From: Lama glama
Lineage: Eukaryota
Direction of reading: 5' to 3'
Length of the DNA: 64,000 nucleotides
NCBI GenBank assembly: GCA_028534125.1
Contig: CM052816.1
Coordinates: 79,114,001 to 79,178,000 of the forward strand
The translations under genes were made by a program, and so were the position numbers. Under the pieces are notes generated by a model. The model saw nothing but the letters and a program-made list of their open reading frames with translations. It ran no database searches and had not been told where the DNA came from. Below, piece by piece: positions 13,926 through 27,277 of the stretch (the first letter of the stretch is position 1; each line of letters opens with the position of its first letter).

Positions 13926-16900
13926 TTTATATAGTGGAGTTTAAAAAGACAAAATAAGTTGTTAGCTGTTCTGGTTTCCTTAAATGGTATTTGAAGGTAT
14001 TGGATAGGAAAAGGATCACCCCAGAAAGGGGTCCAGTTTCTTATTATTACAGAGAAGCTTGTAAGTGCCCCAAGCAAAAACTCTTTTTGGAATACTTCAT
14101 CAAGATCCTGTGAAAATAATACTGTTTTATTTTTTAGTCTTTGGGTTTACTTTGGAATATTTTCCTTAAGTATAATGTTGTTTCTCATCAGGCTTTATCA
14201 TGAAACTGAGATGCTACTGTAGAAATAGAAAAAGAGAAGAGATGATCCAATTACTTTATAACTTATAATAACTTGAGATAAGTCGATAGAAATATGTAAG
14301 GGAATGTACTACTTTCCTTCATTATTAATTTTTTTATAATAATTGAACTATATGTAATAATTCACAAATAGTATAGATCCCTTTAAGACTTTGGAGTCAT
14401 TTTCAAACCAATTTTTGGTTGTTTGAGTGATCCAGAGTATTCAACTTTTCAATCAGAATTTATCTAGCAGGATTTCATATATGATCAGATCATATAGGTA
14501 GGTTACCTGGCTGGGTACATTTGTGTTGAGAAGGTAATGATTTAACCACTGAGTTTATTGCTGGGGAACTAAGTTAATATTTGTTAAGTCACCTTGTATA
14601 AAAAGCTGTAGTAAGAACGGACATTTTCTGTTTTGAGAAACTTATGAAAATGTAATGACATCTACTGCAAAACATTACTACTAAGTTCATACACTTTGCA
14701 TGTAAAGTACCTTTCTTGAATTACTTCTGGCAGTTACCTTTTGATGTCTTTCTTACATAACAATGGCTATCTGATTAAATTTTCTAAATTATTTTTATAA
14801 ATAATTGTTTGGTAAGGATATTCGATAAGCCAGTAATTCAAAATAACCATTGCAGAAAGTAACAATGAATAATCTGTTAATTTCATTAACCTGTAATTTG
14901 CTAATTAACTTTTGTTACTGCGTTAATAATTTATTATTATCAATAGAGCATTTCTGTAAAAATCATTATTAAAATAAGCCTAATTATCAGAATGTGTTCT
15001 CTTATCAAATGAATAGAAGGCCTTTGGAATAACTTCATCACACAAGAGGCCCTCATTTCACAATAGTAAGAAGCAAATCAGAACATGCAAGGGCTATTTA
15101 TTTACAGATCAGAGAATTCGACAATCGAAACTTTCTAAAAAAAAATGTTGCTATTTGATTTGTTTTGGGGCTCTACTATTTGATTATATTGTCATTTCTT
15201 AAATTTACTCTGGTTATGTACCCAAATGAAGTTAAATGTGGATAGGAAAGTCCTGTGTGTTTTTTTAAGTATATTTTAGAGTATTAATGAAGAAGTTTCA
15301 TTGATGTACAATAGCAAACCTCATTTTTAAATACCTTTAGTAGATTTAGGGAATGTTCTTGATTTTTGTGTTGATTGCTATTTTAAAGGAAAAATAAACT
15401 CTCCATAATTATAATTCACACTGTTCAGTAATGTGAATTTTATGCTTGTGATTTGAGTGGGCCATGCCTGAAAATCACAAGGATAAATATATTTGCACTA
15501 AAAGACAAAACACATCCCTGAATAATCTTAACATACTTGAATCTTCAAAGTGTAATATATTGTATTGAATTCTAAACGTTAAGAAGTAAATGGATTTAGA
15601 GTTTTATCTTTCCTTTCTTCCTTCATCTCTCATTCCTTTTATACTTTCCTTCCTTTCTGATGCCTCTCTTTATAGTATAACTTAGACTGTGCTGACAGAT
15701 TTTTCTTCCATTTGTTTTGTGTACACAGTTGTTTTTTGATGATCAGTACATGTAAAAGGTAGTAGTTCTGACTACAAATCCCATGACTTGAATAGCAGTA
15801 TTGCACATAAAGTAGTGAAACAGATTTTGCTAGGCAATTAAGCAATATCTGAATGTAAATGTGATGCATGCTAACTCAGTGTATTGTCTTTTTTGTCACT
15901 TAAGTAGGGCACTTCAGTAAAATGAATTATTCTCAGTGTAATGTTTCAGCATAAAATTAGATTTCCAAAAACAGTGATTGTTAAAAACCAAACAAACCAA
16001 CCCAAAACATTAAGAACCTTGAGACCTCTTTTTTATGAAAAGGAAGTCGTAAATAACATACATCATTGTCAAAGTTTTTGTTAAGAGAGGTTGGAACAAT
16101 ACAAGAGGGTTACAGGAGACATTCTGAAATATGAATTCGCTCTGTGTGGGGTACTTCTTTCCAACTCAGCGACTTTTTCTGCTCAGAGACCTGGAAGACT
16201 AGGCAGTGTTATCCCTTGTACCAACTCCTGGAAACCAGGCCCTGTGAGCCATCTACACCAGTGGAATAGCCACTAGCCCTGTCCCATCTCTGGTCCCACT
16301 GCAATGGGAACATGCCCTTACCCCTAATCCCTTTCATGTTCAGTCTGGTTTTCCTATGGTTTTATTTCCATTTTCAAAAGATTTGTCCACTGAGGTTGAT
16401 CAAAGCCTTGCTGTAATTTTGAATTTGTTAATAAAGCAAGAATATTGGCATGTTCCTTTCTCATAGATATCCTAGAAGACATTTGTTTTTAACCCTCCCT
16501 AGGAAGAATTAACCTTTTTTCCCATGAAAATCTTTTCTTTTGTCTTGATCGCAAATCATTTTGCAAAAGGAGATTATTATTGTACTTAGTGCAAAAGACT
16601 AGAAAGAGTGGTTTACTGTGGCAGACATGTAGGATAAGGTCATAATTTGTTAATCTGACTGTACAACACTGTTTTGAGTTATTGACATCAATCTTATCAA
16701 CGTAGTCACTTAAAGGTGTATATCTCAAAAGAATACTGGCTAGCATCTTCCCTATTTGGTACACCAAGTTGTAGGGGAGAGATTCTGTATTTTTTTTTTT
16801 TAAGCAATCCAATGGATTTGTTTTTGTCCATATTTTGAAAACAACTTGGATTTTTCTCATTTATAAGGTAGAGAGCATGTGGATCTTTCTTTTAAATTAC

Positions 16901-17649
16901 TGTAATCTAATATATATTTATACATTGTAGCATTGAAAAAAGAACTCTAATGTTGATGTTGTTACTTCCTGGTATTTAATTTTTATAAAATGTTTTTGTA
17001 AGTAACTAATTGTAGCATTGCTTTTAAGTAGTTTAATAATCTTTCTCAAATAAGTTCTGCCCTGAACCTATTTCCTTAGGGCAGTATTCTAAAATTCAGT
17101 AGTCTAGTAGAATTTGAAATATTCATAAATCTCTTTAGTATCTTTTAATACATGCCAGTACCCAAGCAAAGCATACCAAAAGCCTAATTTCTGTGTTGCA
17201 TTAATAAAGTACTTGCTACTTATTTAATTCAGTGGATTAGGTGAAATAGAAGATAAGTCTTTTCAAATGTACATCTGATCATAATTTTCAAAATGTTCAT
17301 TATGTTCATTTTTGGTGCATGATGCCAAATTTATCTTTAATCAGCTGTTACTGCTTGGTATGTAATGGCAAATGTTTTCCTTTCTGACCAATGCGTTGTA
17401 GATTTAACTATTTTTCTCTCCAGATTCTCACATTTTCAAATATGAATTTGGAAAAACCTGCAAAGTGCTACTATAAGTAAGTTAGCATCTTTGGCCTTAT
17501 GTATGCATAATGTTCTCTCAGTTTGGTTTTGACAAACTCATGGTCTTGCAATTGCTCTGTAGTATTTTAACTTACTGTGATGTAATGAATTTTTGAAATG
17601 TTTATTTGATTATCTGTTAAAATATAAGAAATTATGTAGCTTTGCATGA

Positions 17650-17655
17650 AATAAA
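17650..17655 (+). terminator. Candidate distal polyadenylation signal AATAAA
   Basis: AATAAA followed by CA about 12 nt later and a T-rich tract (ttttgctgattatttgtttt). Confidence 0.6.
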
Positions 17656-17869
17656 GTAGATTTCTACAAGTTACTAAGAATTTTGCTGATTATTTGTTTT
17701 ATTTCATACCATCGAGATTAAACTTTTAAGTAGACTGAGGCATTTTTTTGTTCCTTACAAATTTATTAACAGGTATTACAAAAGAAATATTTTAAGGTAA
17801 ATAATTAAATGTACTTCAGGTTCCACATTACTTTATCTTGTGTTTAGAATTAAAATAGTAATTGTTACC

Positions 17870-18960
17870 AAAAAATTAGAGCAGAAATCAGTGAAACTGA
17901 AAACAGGAAAACGATAAAGAAAATCAATGAAACCAAAAACGGAGTGTTTGAAAAGATCAGTAAAATTGATGAAACCTGGCCAGGCTGACCAAGAAAACAG
18001 CATTGCTTTCCAATATACCAAGAAGAATAGATGAAATTTGAAATTAAAAATACAACACCATTTATGTTAGCCCTAGCTAATGCATGCAATAAGACAAGAC
18101 AAGGAAATAAAAGATACACATATTTGGAAGGAAGAAATAAAACTGTCTTGGTTTGCAGATGATATGATTGTCTACATAGCAATCCAAAAGAATTGACCAA
18201 AAATAAACAAAACCCAAAAAATAAACAAAACTCCTGGAACTAATAAATGACTGTAGGAAATTTGCAGGATATAAGATTAACATACACTCCCTTTTACTAG
18301 CAATAGAGGAGTGGAATTTGAAATTAGAAACAATACCATTTACATTAGTACCCCCCCCAAATTAAATACTTAGGTATAAATCTAACAAAATGTATCTAAG
18401 ACCTATATAAAGAAAACTGCAAAAGTCTGATGAAAGAAATCAAATAACAAAATAAATGGAGAGAGATAGGAAGACTCAATATTGCCAAGATGTCATTTCT
18501 TCCGAAATTGATCTATAGATTCAATGTAATCCCAATTAAAACCCCAATAAGTTACTTTGTGGATGTTGACAAACTGATTCTAAAGTTCATATGGAGAAGC
18601 AAAAGGCCCAGAAGAGACAACACAATATTGAAAGCGTACTGACACTACCAACTTCAAGACTCACTATAAAGCTACAATAATCAAGACATTGTGGGACTGG
18701 CAAAAGAATGGACAAACTGACAATGGAGCAAAATAGCCCAGAAATAAACCCACATACATATAGTCAATTGATCTTTGACAAAGGAACAAAGGCAATTCAG
18801 TGGAGAAAGGATGGTCTTTTCAACAAATGATGCTGGAACACTGAACAACCACATGCAAAAAAAAAAAAAGTGTAGACATTGACTTTATACAAAATTATCA
18901 CAAAAATTAATTCAAATTAACTAAAACTATAACACAAAACTTCTAGAAGGTAACAGGAGA
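17870..18960 (+). mobile_element. Fragmented old L1 ORF2 region
   Basis: gtttgcagatgatatgattgtctac (RT FADD motif), gatctatagattcaatgtaatccca, ttgatctttgacaaagg. Confidence 0.85.
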
Positions 18961-19129
18961 AAACATGAAAGTCTTAACTGGAAATCTAGCTTAAGCAGTA
19001 TCTTTACTCCTCCTGGATGCTACAGGACTTTGGAACACTATTAATGCAGTTTCTTCCACTCCCGACATATATGGTCCACTCCCACCTTCCAGAAGGTGAA
19101 TTTAGGCTTGACAATCGGTATATATATCA

Positions 19130-19660
19130 TACAAAAATGTGTGTATGTGTGTACCCAGAGACATGTGCAAGAATGTTCATACTTTATTCATAATTTTTTC
19201 AACCATAGATAACTCAATGAACAGAATGGGTTTATTTATTCAATATGATAGGTATATATATGAATAACTAAGTGATAATGAATTAATTACATCTGTGCAA
19301 CATGGATGAAACTCAAACATAATGTGGCTCCAAAGAATCCAGACATGAAAACATAGTGTGATTCTACATATTTTAAGTTCAAAAAAAAGATAAAGCTGTA
19401 GAGTCAAAAGATTAATGCTTTATAGTAAAATCATAAAAAAAAAAACCAGGAGGAGATTACCAAACATGTCAGGCTATTGCTTACCTTTGAGGAAGAGGAA
19501 GGGAATTAGTGATGGGATGGAGCACTAGAGAAGCTTCCAGATTGCTGCCTGTGTTCTCTTTCTTGACTTGGGTGGTGGTTTTTCAGGTGTTCACTTGGTA
19601 ATGAATTGCTAAACAGTACATGCTTTGCTATATGTACATTTTATTTCATAATAAAGTTAA
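19130..19660 (+). mobile_element. Old L1M 3' UTR fragment
   Basis: acatgtgcaagaatgttcata, caacatggatgaaactcaaa, tcttgacttgggtggtggtt. Confidence 0.6.
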
Positions 19661-20296
19661 AGTATATAGAGACTTAAATTACATAACTTATACCATATAA
19701 GTTGGGAGTGGAGGAAACTGCATTATAGTGTTTGACGTTCATAGTAACATCCAGGAGGAGTAAAGATACTGCTTAAGCTAGACTTTCAGTTAAGGATGCA
19801 TGCTACCTTAATCTCTTTGGTAATCATTAAAAGAATAGAAATAAGATACAGCTTCAAATAGAGGGAAAATGGAATGATTAAAAAAATCAATTCAAAAGAG
19901 CAAAAGAACAAAAATAACCCCCAAACTAAGATTTTATTGTTTAGAAGTGCACTTACAGTTGAGCAAACTATAAAGAAAGTCATGTAATTTACTATATAAG
20001 TCAGAGTATGCTTCTGATAGGGATGAATATTCAGCAGTATCACTCAGGCTTTGGGTTACTAAGGGCAGTGTTTTCAGTGTTTTGATTTTTGTACTTGGGC
20101 GTTTTTTACAAACATTTTTCTATTTATGCTTATTTACTATACATTTATATTTTATGCACTTTTCTGAATGTATCTACATTTCAAAATGTAAAAGTTTTCT
20201 AAAAATAGTTGAAAGTAAAAATCACATGATCATCTCAAATAGATGCAGAAAACTTTAATAAAATTTGATATTTATATTTTTAAAATTTCTATTTTT

Positions 20297-20401
20297 TTTA
20301 ACATTTTTATTGATTCATAATCATTTTACAGTGTTGTGTCAAATTCCAGTGTTCAGTACAATTTTTCAGTCATACATGGACATATACACACTCATTGTCA
20401 C
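20297..20401 (-). mobile_element. Very short young L1 3'-end insertion with perfect 21-bp target-site duplication
   Basis: atttttaaaatttctattttt at both 20276-20296 and 20402-20422; insert starts with an antisense A-rich tail (acatttttattgattcataatcattttaca). Confidence 0.8.
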
Positions 20402-20554
20402 ATTTTTAAAATTTCTATTTTTATGTACAGCATTTAATAATTTTTATGCACAGCATGTAAAATTCTACTTTTTAAAAAGCATTATTTTTACTCTGATAAA
20501 GAATGCATATCTACATGTATATATAAAGATATGCATATGTTTAAAGAAGAACCC

Positions 20555-22105
20555 CAAATTACTGCAAAACAATCTTGAGAAAGAAGAAAGGGCTGGAGGA
20601 ATCATGCTCCCTGACCTCAGACTATACAACAAAGCTCCAGTAATCAAATAGTATGTTACTGGCACAAAAACAGACATGTAGATCACAATAAACACAATAA
20701 AGAGCCTAGAAATAAACCCATGCACTTACGGTCACTTAATCTATGACAAAGGAGGCAAGAATATACAATGGAGAAAAGAAAGTCTTTTCAGTAAATGTTG
20801 CTGGAAAAACTGGACAGCTACATATGAAAAGAATGAAATTAGAACATTCTCTAACACCATATACAAAAATAAACTCAAAATGGATTAAAAACCTAAATAT
20901 AAGACCAGAAACCACAAAACTCCTAGAAGAAAACATAGGCAGAACACTCTTTGATATAAATTGTAGCAATATTTTTTGGAATCTGTCTCCTAAAGCAAAG
21001 GAAGTAAAAGCAAAAATAAGCAATGTGACCTATTTCAAGTTAAATGCTTTTGCATAGCAGAAGATGCCATTAACAAGATGAAAAGACAGCTTACTGAATG
21101 GGAGAAAATATTTGCAAATTATATGGCCAATAAGGGGTTAATATCCACAATATATAAACAGCTCATACAGCTAAACATAAAAAAAAAACCCAATTAAAAA
21201 ATGGGCAGAAGACCTGAATAGACATTTTTCCAAAGAGGACATGCAGATGGCCAACAAGCACGTGAAAAGATGCTCACCATTACTAATCATTAGAGAAGTT
21301 CAACTCAAAGCCACAATAGGATATGGTTATCATCACACACCTGTCAGAATGGCTATCATCAAAAAGAATACAAATAGCAAATGTTGGCGAGGATGTGGAG
21401 GGAAAAAAAAAAAAAAACCTTTTATACTGTTGGTGGAAATGTAGTTTAGTGCAGCCACTGTGGAAAACAGTGTGGAGGTTTCCCAAAAAACTGAAAACAG
21501 AAGTACAATATGACCCAGCAATTCCACTCCTGGGTGTATATCCAAAAAAACCAAAAACACTAATTCAAAAAGATACATGCACCCCAATGTTCATAGCAGC
21601 ATCTTTTACAATTGCCAAGATAGGGAAGCAACCTAAGTATCAACAGATAAATGGATAAAGATGTGGTATACATATGCAATGGAATACTATTCAGCCATTA
21701 AAAAGAATGAAATGTTGCCATTTGCAACGATATGGATGGACTTGGGGGGTATTATGCTAAGTGAAATAAGTCAGACAAAGATGAATACTGTATGATATCA
21801 CTTAGGAGGAATCTAAAAACAGCAAACTAGTGAATATAGCAGATACAGATATAAACATACAGAGAACAAAATAGAGGTTACTAGTTGGGAGAGGGAAGGA
21901 GAACGGGCAGTTTAGGGGTAATGAATTAAGAAGTACAAACTATTGTGTATAAAACAAGCTACAAGGATATATTGTACAACACAGAATATAGCCAATATTT
22001 TATAATCACTATAAATGGAATATAACCTTTAAAAATTGAATCACTATATTATACATGTGTAACTTATATTGTACATCAAGTACACTTCAAAAATAATAAA
22101 AAAGA
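20555..22105 (+). mobile_element. 5'-truncated L1 (ORF2 C-terminal region, 3' UTR, A tail)
   Basis: ORFs 20743..21057 ([21 protein letters not shown]) and 21323..21658 ([12 protein letters not shown]...YDPAIPLLG) are L1 ORF2p; A-rich tail at ~22089-22103. Confidence 0.92.
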
Positions 22106-22784
22106 CAAGAAAATTTAAAACTTTTTTTCTGATAAAGGATACATATCTGCATACATATATATAGACATGTATATGTATAAACAAGAACCCAAAAGTGCTG
22201 TGAATGTCATCCTTAATGCTGCAATCTTTACCTTTACGATTCAGAGCAAGCCAGGGATGTCGTCATCACCACTTCTCTTCAATGTTGCCTGTTCCATAAT
22301 CATGAGAGAGAAAAGCCCTAAGAATGAGAAAAGAAACAAGCTTGTTTGAATTCAAGACCTCCTTGGCCTGTCTCTTTCTGACAGTATGCTAGCTGTCTGC
22401 TTTTCCTCCTCTGAACCAATCAGAAGACCCCCCATCAAACATACCATAGCCTGAACTGACCATGCATTTGGTCACCTTTATTTCTCCCTCATAACTTTGT
22501 ATTCTTTGGAAAGAAGCCTGCCCTACCTGTCCCACTGCTGAGCTGACGAAACAACTTCCTCTCACTTGCTCCCAATTATTATCAGGAATTCTCCTCACAG
22601 ACGGGATTTTCTTATTGAAACAGAAGTTTTAACGATGTTTTCCCCAACATTAGTGCATTCCCTCGTCTTTCTTCTGAACCAACTGTAAATATATTTGAAC
22701 CATTTAAATATATGTGAGTGGTGATATACCCTGTGTCCTTATGTTAGGGTAAATACTTCTTTGCCTTCTCTTTCCCTCCAGAAC

Positions 22785-22940
22785 AGTTATTCTGAAAACT
22801 GGCTGCATATTAGAATGACCTGAGGAATTCTGAAAGACTACTTATGTCTCGGTTCCATTTCAGAGTGTCTTATGTAAATGTTCTATAATGAAATCCAGGC
22901 ATAGATGTATTTGCAAAGCTCCCAGGGATTCTAGCACACA
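22785..22940. mobile_element. MER5-like hAT relic
   Basis: ggctgcatattagaatgacctgaggaa...ccaggcatagatgtatttgcaaagctcccagggattc. Confidence 0.5.
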
Positions 22941-24076
22941 GGGTACAGATTCTCCCTGCCTTGAGCCATGTCTCTGTCTCTCCCAACATCACTCCCCAGA
23001 GGGCACAGGGCAGAGTTCTCTCTCAGAGAGAACTTCACTTTAGTCGGGCCTTCACTTTAGTAAAATGAGGTCATACAGTTCAATTGCTGATCATTCATTT
23101 CATCAGCTGACTGACTTCTGGGCATGGGAAGTTGGAATCTCTCTTTTCAGCCAATAGTCTGGGTCCTGAGATCATCAGTGTAGAATCCCTTAGGTGGGGC
23201 ATTTGTTAAATTCTGTATAAGCTGTAGCAAATGTTTAAACATTATTAAAAGAAAAATAAATGAATCCCCAGTAAAACAAAGTAAAACCTCAGGTAAAAGC
23301 TGACACGGGATATTAATCCTCAGCAGGGTTTTAAGAATCTGTATCACAGAAGGGGCCCTTGTGAGTGAACAAAGGTACAAAGTCCTCATTCACTGGCTCT
23401 TCAACAGGAGGCCCAGGAAACAGTGACTTTTTTTTTTTTTTTGAGAGATTTGCTGCCAGTGGAATGTGAAGACATCTGTTGGCCCAATAGTTGAAACCAA
23501 GAGACCGGCTGATGTCGCTGGCGCACAGCTTTAGAGTGGTTTGTTCAATAAAAAATGCTGTTCCTCCACTTGTGTTCAAGACCCTGTCATCAAGATGCTG
23601 ACAGCCCCAGAAAGCAAGTGCTCCACACAGGTTCATCTGAGAGCAAAGTCAGCACATAACGGAAGGTAACTGAGAGCATCATGGATGAATGTCAGCATTC
23701 AGCCAGGAGAGGGAGATCAGAGCCACCAGTCGTAACTCCTGAAGGCAGAGCAGGAATAGCACTGCAAGATGGTGGGTACAGTTGAGATGAGGGGAAGAAT
23801 GGAAGAAGGAAGAGAGCACGAACATTCTAAGCACCAGAAAGAATTGTAGCAATGACAAAAAAACAAGGAAATGGCATGGTGGATTTGGAGGTCATGAAAA
23901 GAGCAGTAGCTGGAGCAGAAAGTTCGTGGGGGAGAGCAGCGGAGCTGGTGGGATGCTGCTGCTGGAAGAGCTTTCTAGATGTTTTCTTCTGATGCCAAGA
24001 AACTTCCATGTGTTTTAAGATTAACACCTTCCATTAATATTGAATTGTCTTTCACGTCTTTTTTTCTTTTTTTGAA

Positions 24077-24604
24077 GAGATCATTCACAAACCTTTTCAA
24101 GATCATGGAGTTACATGCAACTAATTGTAGTCATTTGTTAAGAAGGGCAGATATCACGGGCTCCTTAAAGAATGAGTTTCCACCTGGTGGCGGCTGACGC
24201 TGTCGATCGCTTCCCTCTCCTGGTTGCTGAGAAACATGGAAGGCCATTTGCAACCCTCCTTACTAGCACATTTAGAATTATGAATTTGGGGCTGCAGGAG
24301 CCCGTGTCTGACAGTCCAGCATTCTACTCCTCCCTAACAGATCACATGGATTTCTAGGGCTAAGTGAAGAATTCTCTGATGTTCTTCATTTCTTCCTTAG
24401 GGGAATGGTATAGTCACACTGTTTGTTTACACTACCTGGGAACATTTCCCAGAAGGCTCTAGGCCAATGTTATTCCATCTTCAACTGAAAGCAGAGCTGT
24501 GGTTGGTTAATTCTAACTTTGCCTTTGATTTTGCCCAGCTCCTGCTTCCTAACACTGTTTATATTGGAGGTTTAATGGACAAACCTGTTGAATGAACACC
24601 TCAA
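24077..24604 (+). pseudogene. UGT3A pseudogene, exon-4 relic
   Basis: Aligns to intact exon 43819-44350 (CSHLLRR.DI..SLKNE, LVAEK.GRPF, LTDHMDF, EHFPEGSRP, KAELW.VNS, LLPNTVYIGGL). 2-nt deletion near 24177; stops TAG 24355, TAA 24361, TGA 24593; gtaagt donor retained. Confidence 0.92.
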
Positions 24605-24829
24605 GTAAGTAGAACTTTTGGGCTCCTTTTGGAAGTGAGGAATCACCCTCACAATGGTACCTTTCATGCAGAGATAGCAGTTGCTCAGACATGGGGTAAA
24701 TGTGGGTTTATCTTTTAAGGAAATTGCTAAATAGTTCTCCAATATTTGGCCATATACACATCCTTACCAACATTTGGTGATGTCAGTCTTTTTAATTTTA
24801 AGACTTTAAAGCTGATGTCATCCAGACAG

Positions 24830-26185
24830 GCTCATATTGGAATAAAGATATAAAGATAGATCAATAGAACAGACTAGCAGCATTCACAAAAAATCCTACA
24901 CGTATGATTTTTTGATTGATGACCAAACTGTGATGCAATTTAATGTGGGGAAAAAAGGTTTAAATTTTTTTTTCAATAAATGTTGCTGGAGCAACTGCAT
25001 ACCTATATGGGAAAAAGTGAACCCTGACTTGTATCCAGCACTGTACACAGAAATAAATTTGAAATAAATCATAGACCTAAGTATATAGATAAATCAAAAG
25101 CTTCTTGAAGAAAACAAGTACTATCTGTTTGAACTTGGGGTAATCAAAGGTATTTTGTACTGGACACTAAAAAAGCAATAATCTTAAAACAAAAGGTAAC
25201 TAAATTGACTTACATCAAGAACTGCAATTCATCAAGAGATTCATTAAGAGAATAAAGAGGCAGCTATATACTGGGAGAAGATATTCCCCAATGTATATCT
25301 GACAAATGACTCTGATCTAGAATATATAAATATTCCTACTAAAAATAGGAAAAATTATACCAACCAAATTTTTAAAATGGAAAAAAGACTTGATTGAGCA
25401 TTTTATAAATAAGGATATCCAAATTGCCAATAAACTTACGAAGAGACGTGTAGCATCATTTGTCATCAGAGAAATGCAACTTAAAACCACAAAGAGATAT
25501 CATTTCACATCCATCAGAAAGACTAACATTAAAAAGAATGAGACAGACAATACCAGAGATAGGAAGTAATTAGAACTGTTATACATTTCTGGTGGGAATG
25601 AAAATTGGTACAATATTTTAGGAGAACGTTTTGGTAGTATCTAATGAAGATTTACATACCCTACCCTATGATCAAGGAATTCTACCCCTAGATCTATACC
25701 AAGGGAAATGCACACATATTTCCAACAAAAAGCATGCATAAGAATGTTCACAGTAGCCTTATTTATAGTAAGAAATGGGAACAACCAGATGCCCATTAAC
25801 AATAGAATGGATAAATTATGGTTTCATACAAAGAAATATTACACAGCAATAAAAATGAAATTCTGCTACATCCAATAATATAGAAGACTCTAACAGAAGT
25901 TATGTGAAGTAAAGTAGCCAGATCCTTCCTCCCCCCTAGAAGAGAGTACATACTGTGTAATATTCAGTGCAAGAACAGGTAAAATGAATCTGTGTAATAG
26001 AAGTAAAAATAGTGATTATCTCTGGGCAGATAAGTATTGACCAGAAGGTGGTAACAGCGAATTTTCTGGAGTGAAAGAAAGGTTCTGTATGTCAGTCTTG
26101 GTTGTGGTCACATGATAGTAGATGTATGCTGGAAATCCTTGATCTCTATAGTTAAGATCTGTGCATTTTATTTTATGCAAATTAT
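24830..26185 (+). mobile_element. Old L1 3' portion inside the pseudogene
   Basis: ttcaataaatgttgctggagcaactg, gggagaagatatt, ccctatgatcaaggaattctacccctag, ataagaatgttcacagtagcc. Confidence 0.8.
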
Positions 26186-27277
26186 CAAAGGGAAAGGAAG
26201 TAAATATCTCACATAGCCTCAATAAACAAGAGTGTAATGGTGTCTAATTTTGTTCTTTTTTCTCTACTTTTCTATTTGTTGTAGGATTTGTTACACTGTA
26301 CTGACAAGAAAACATAGGCTCACTGAATGTAATTAAATTCTTGAATTATTTTAGAACCCATGTTCTTTCTATTTTATAAAATAAATTTTCTTTTCCAAAC
26401 TGATATATGCAAATAATTTTAAAAGTAAATAAGTACTACTAGGCTAATTTAAAATTTAAAAAGAGTTCCCTATTTCATTGCTTACCAGCTCAGCCCACTC
26501 CCTCACCCTATTTTCCACGTGCAAACAACTTCTACAATATTTGCTGTTTTATCTGGTATTTGCCTCCATTTAGTAAATATTATGCTTCTATCATTATCAG
26601 TTGACTCATCAATTTAATTTTTTCCCAATACTTACTGAGGTATACTTTGCACATCTTTTTGTATGTTTATTGGCAATTTGGATATACTTATTCATAAAGT
26701 GCTCTATCAAGTCTTTTTCCCATTTTTAAAATTAGGTTGGTATAATTTGCTGTTGAGAACCAAGTTTCTTCCTTTTGGAAAAGGGAATTACAAATGAAAG
26801 AATGGGGAATATTAGAAAAACCTATTGAATTGGTGTATTGAACTGAAGTAGTGTAAATTCATGATTTTTCAGTAACTAAATAATAGACATAGCTGTAGCA
26901 TCTATAGGTACAGAAATAGATATGGAATCTTGGTATCTATATTCGTAACTGTTTGCTTCCTACCTCTGTCCACAGAAAGGACTACAAACAGTGGTGCTTT
27001 GTTACTAATGAGCCCAACTAGCAACCATGAGTATATTTCGGTCTAGTAGATCCTAAACTCCATGAAGGCAGGGATTGACTTAGGCATATCCCACCTTTCA
27101 GCATTAAGTTGAATTTTATAAAGATTTATAAAATGGAACTGTTTATATGCACCCTGCTGGTAAATTTCAGGGCCAGGTTATAATTGCCTGGTTACAGACT
27201 AGCCTTCTGTGTCCAGCCTCAAGAGGCTGAAAACTTGCCATCTAATGTTGCTGCCACCCCTCCGTCTCTGACAACAG

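Larger units (their letters stand above)
12128..17670 (+). other. LMBRD2: Probable long LMBRD2 3' UTR
   Basis: Repeat-poor AU-rich sequence after the stop, ending at AATAAA 17650-17655 with a T-rich downstream element; L1 debris resumes at ~17870. Confidence 0.65.
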
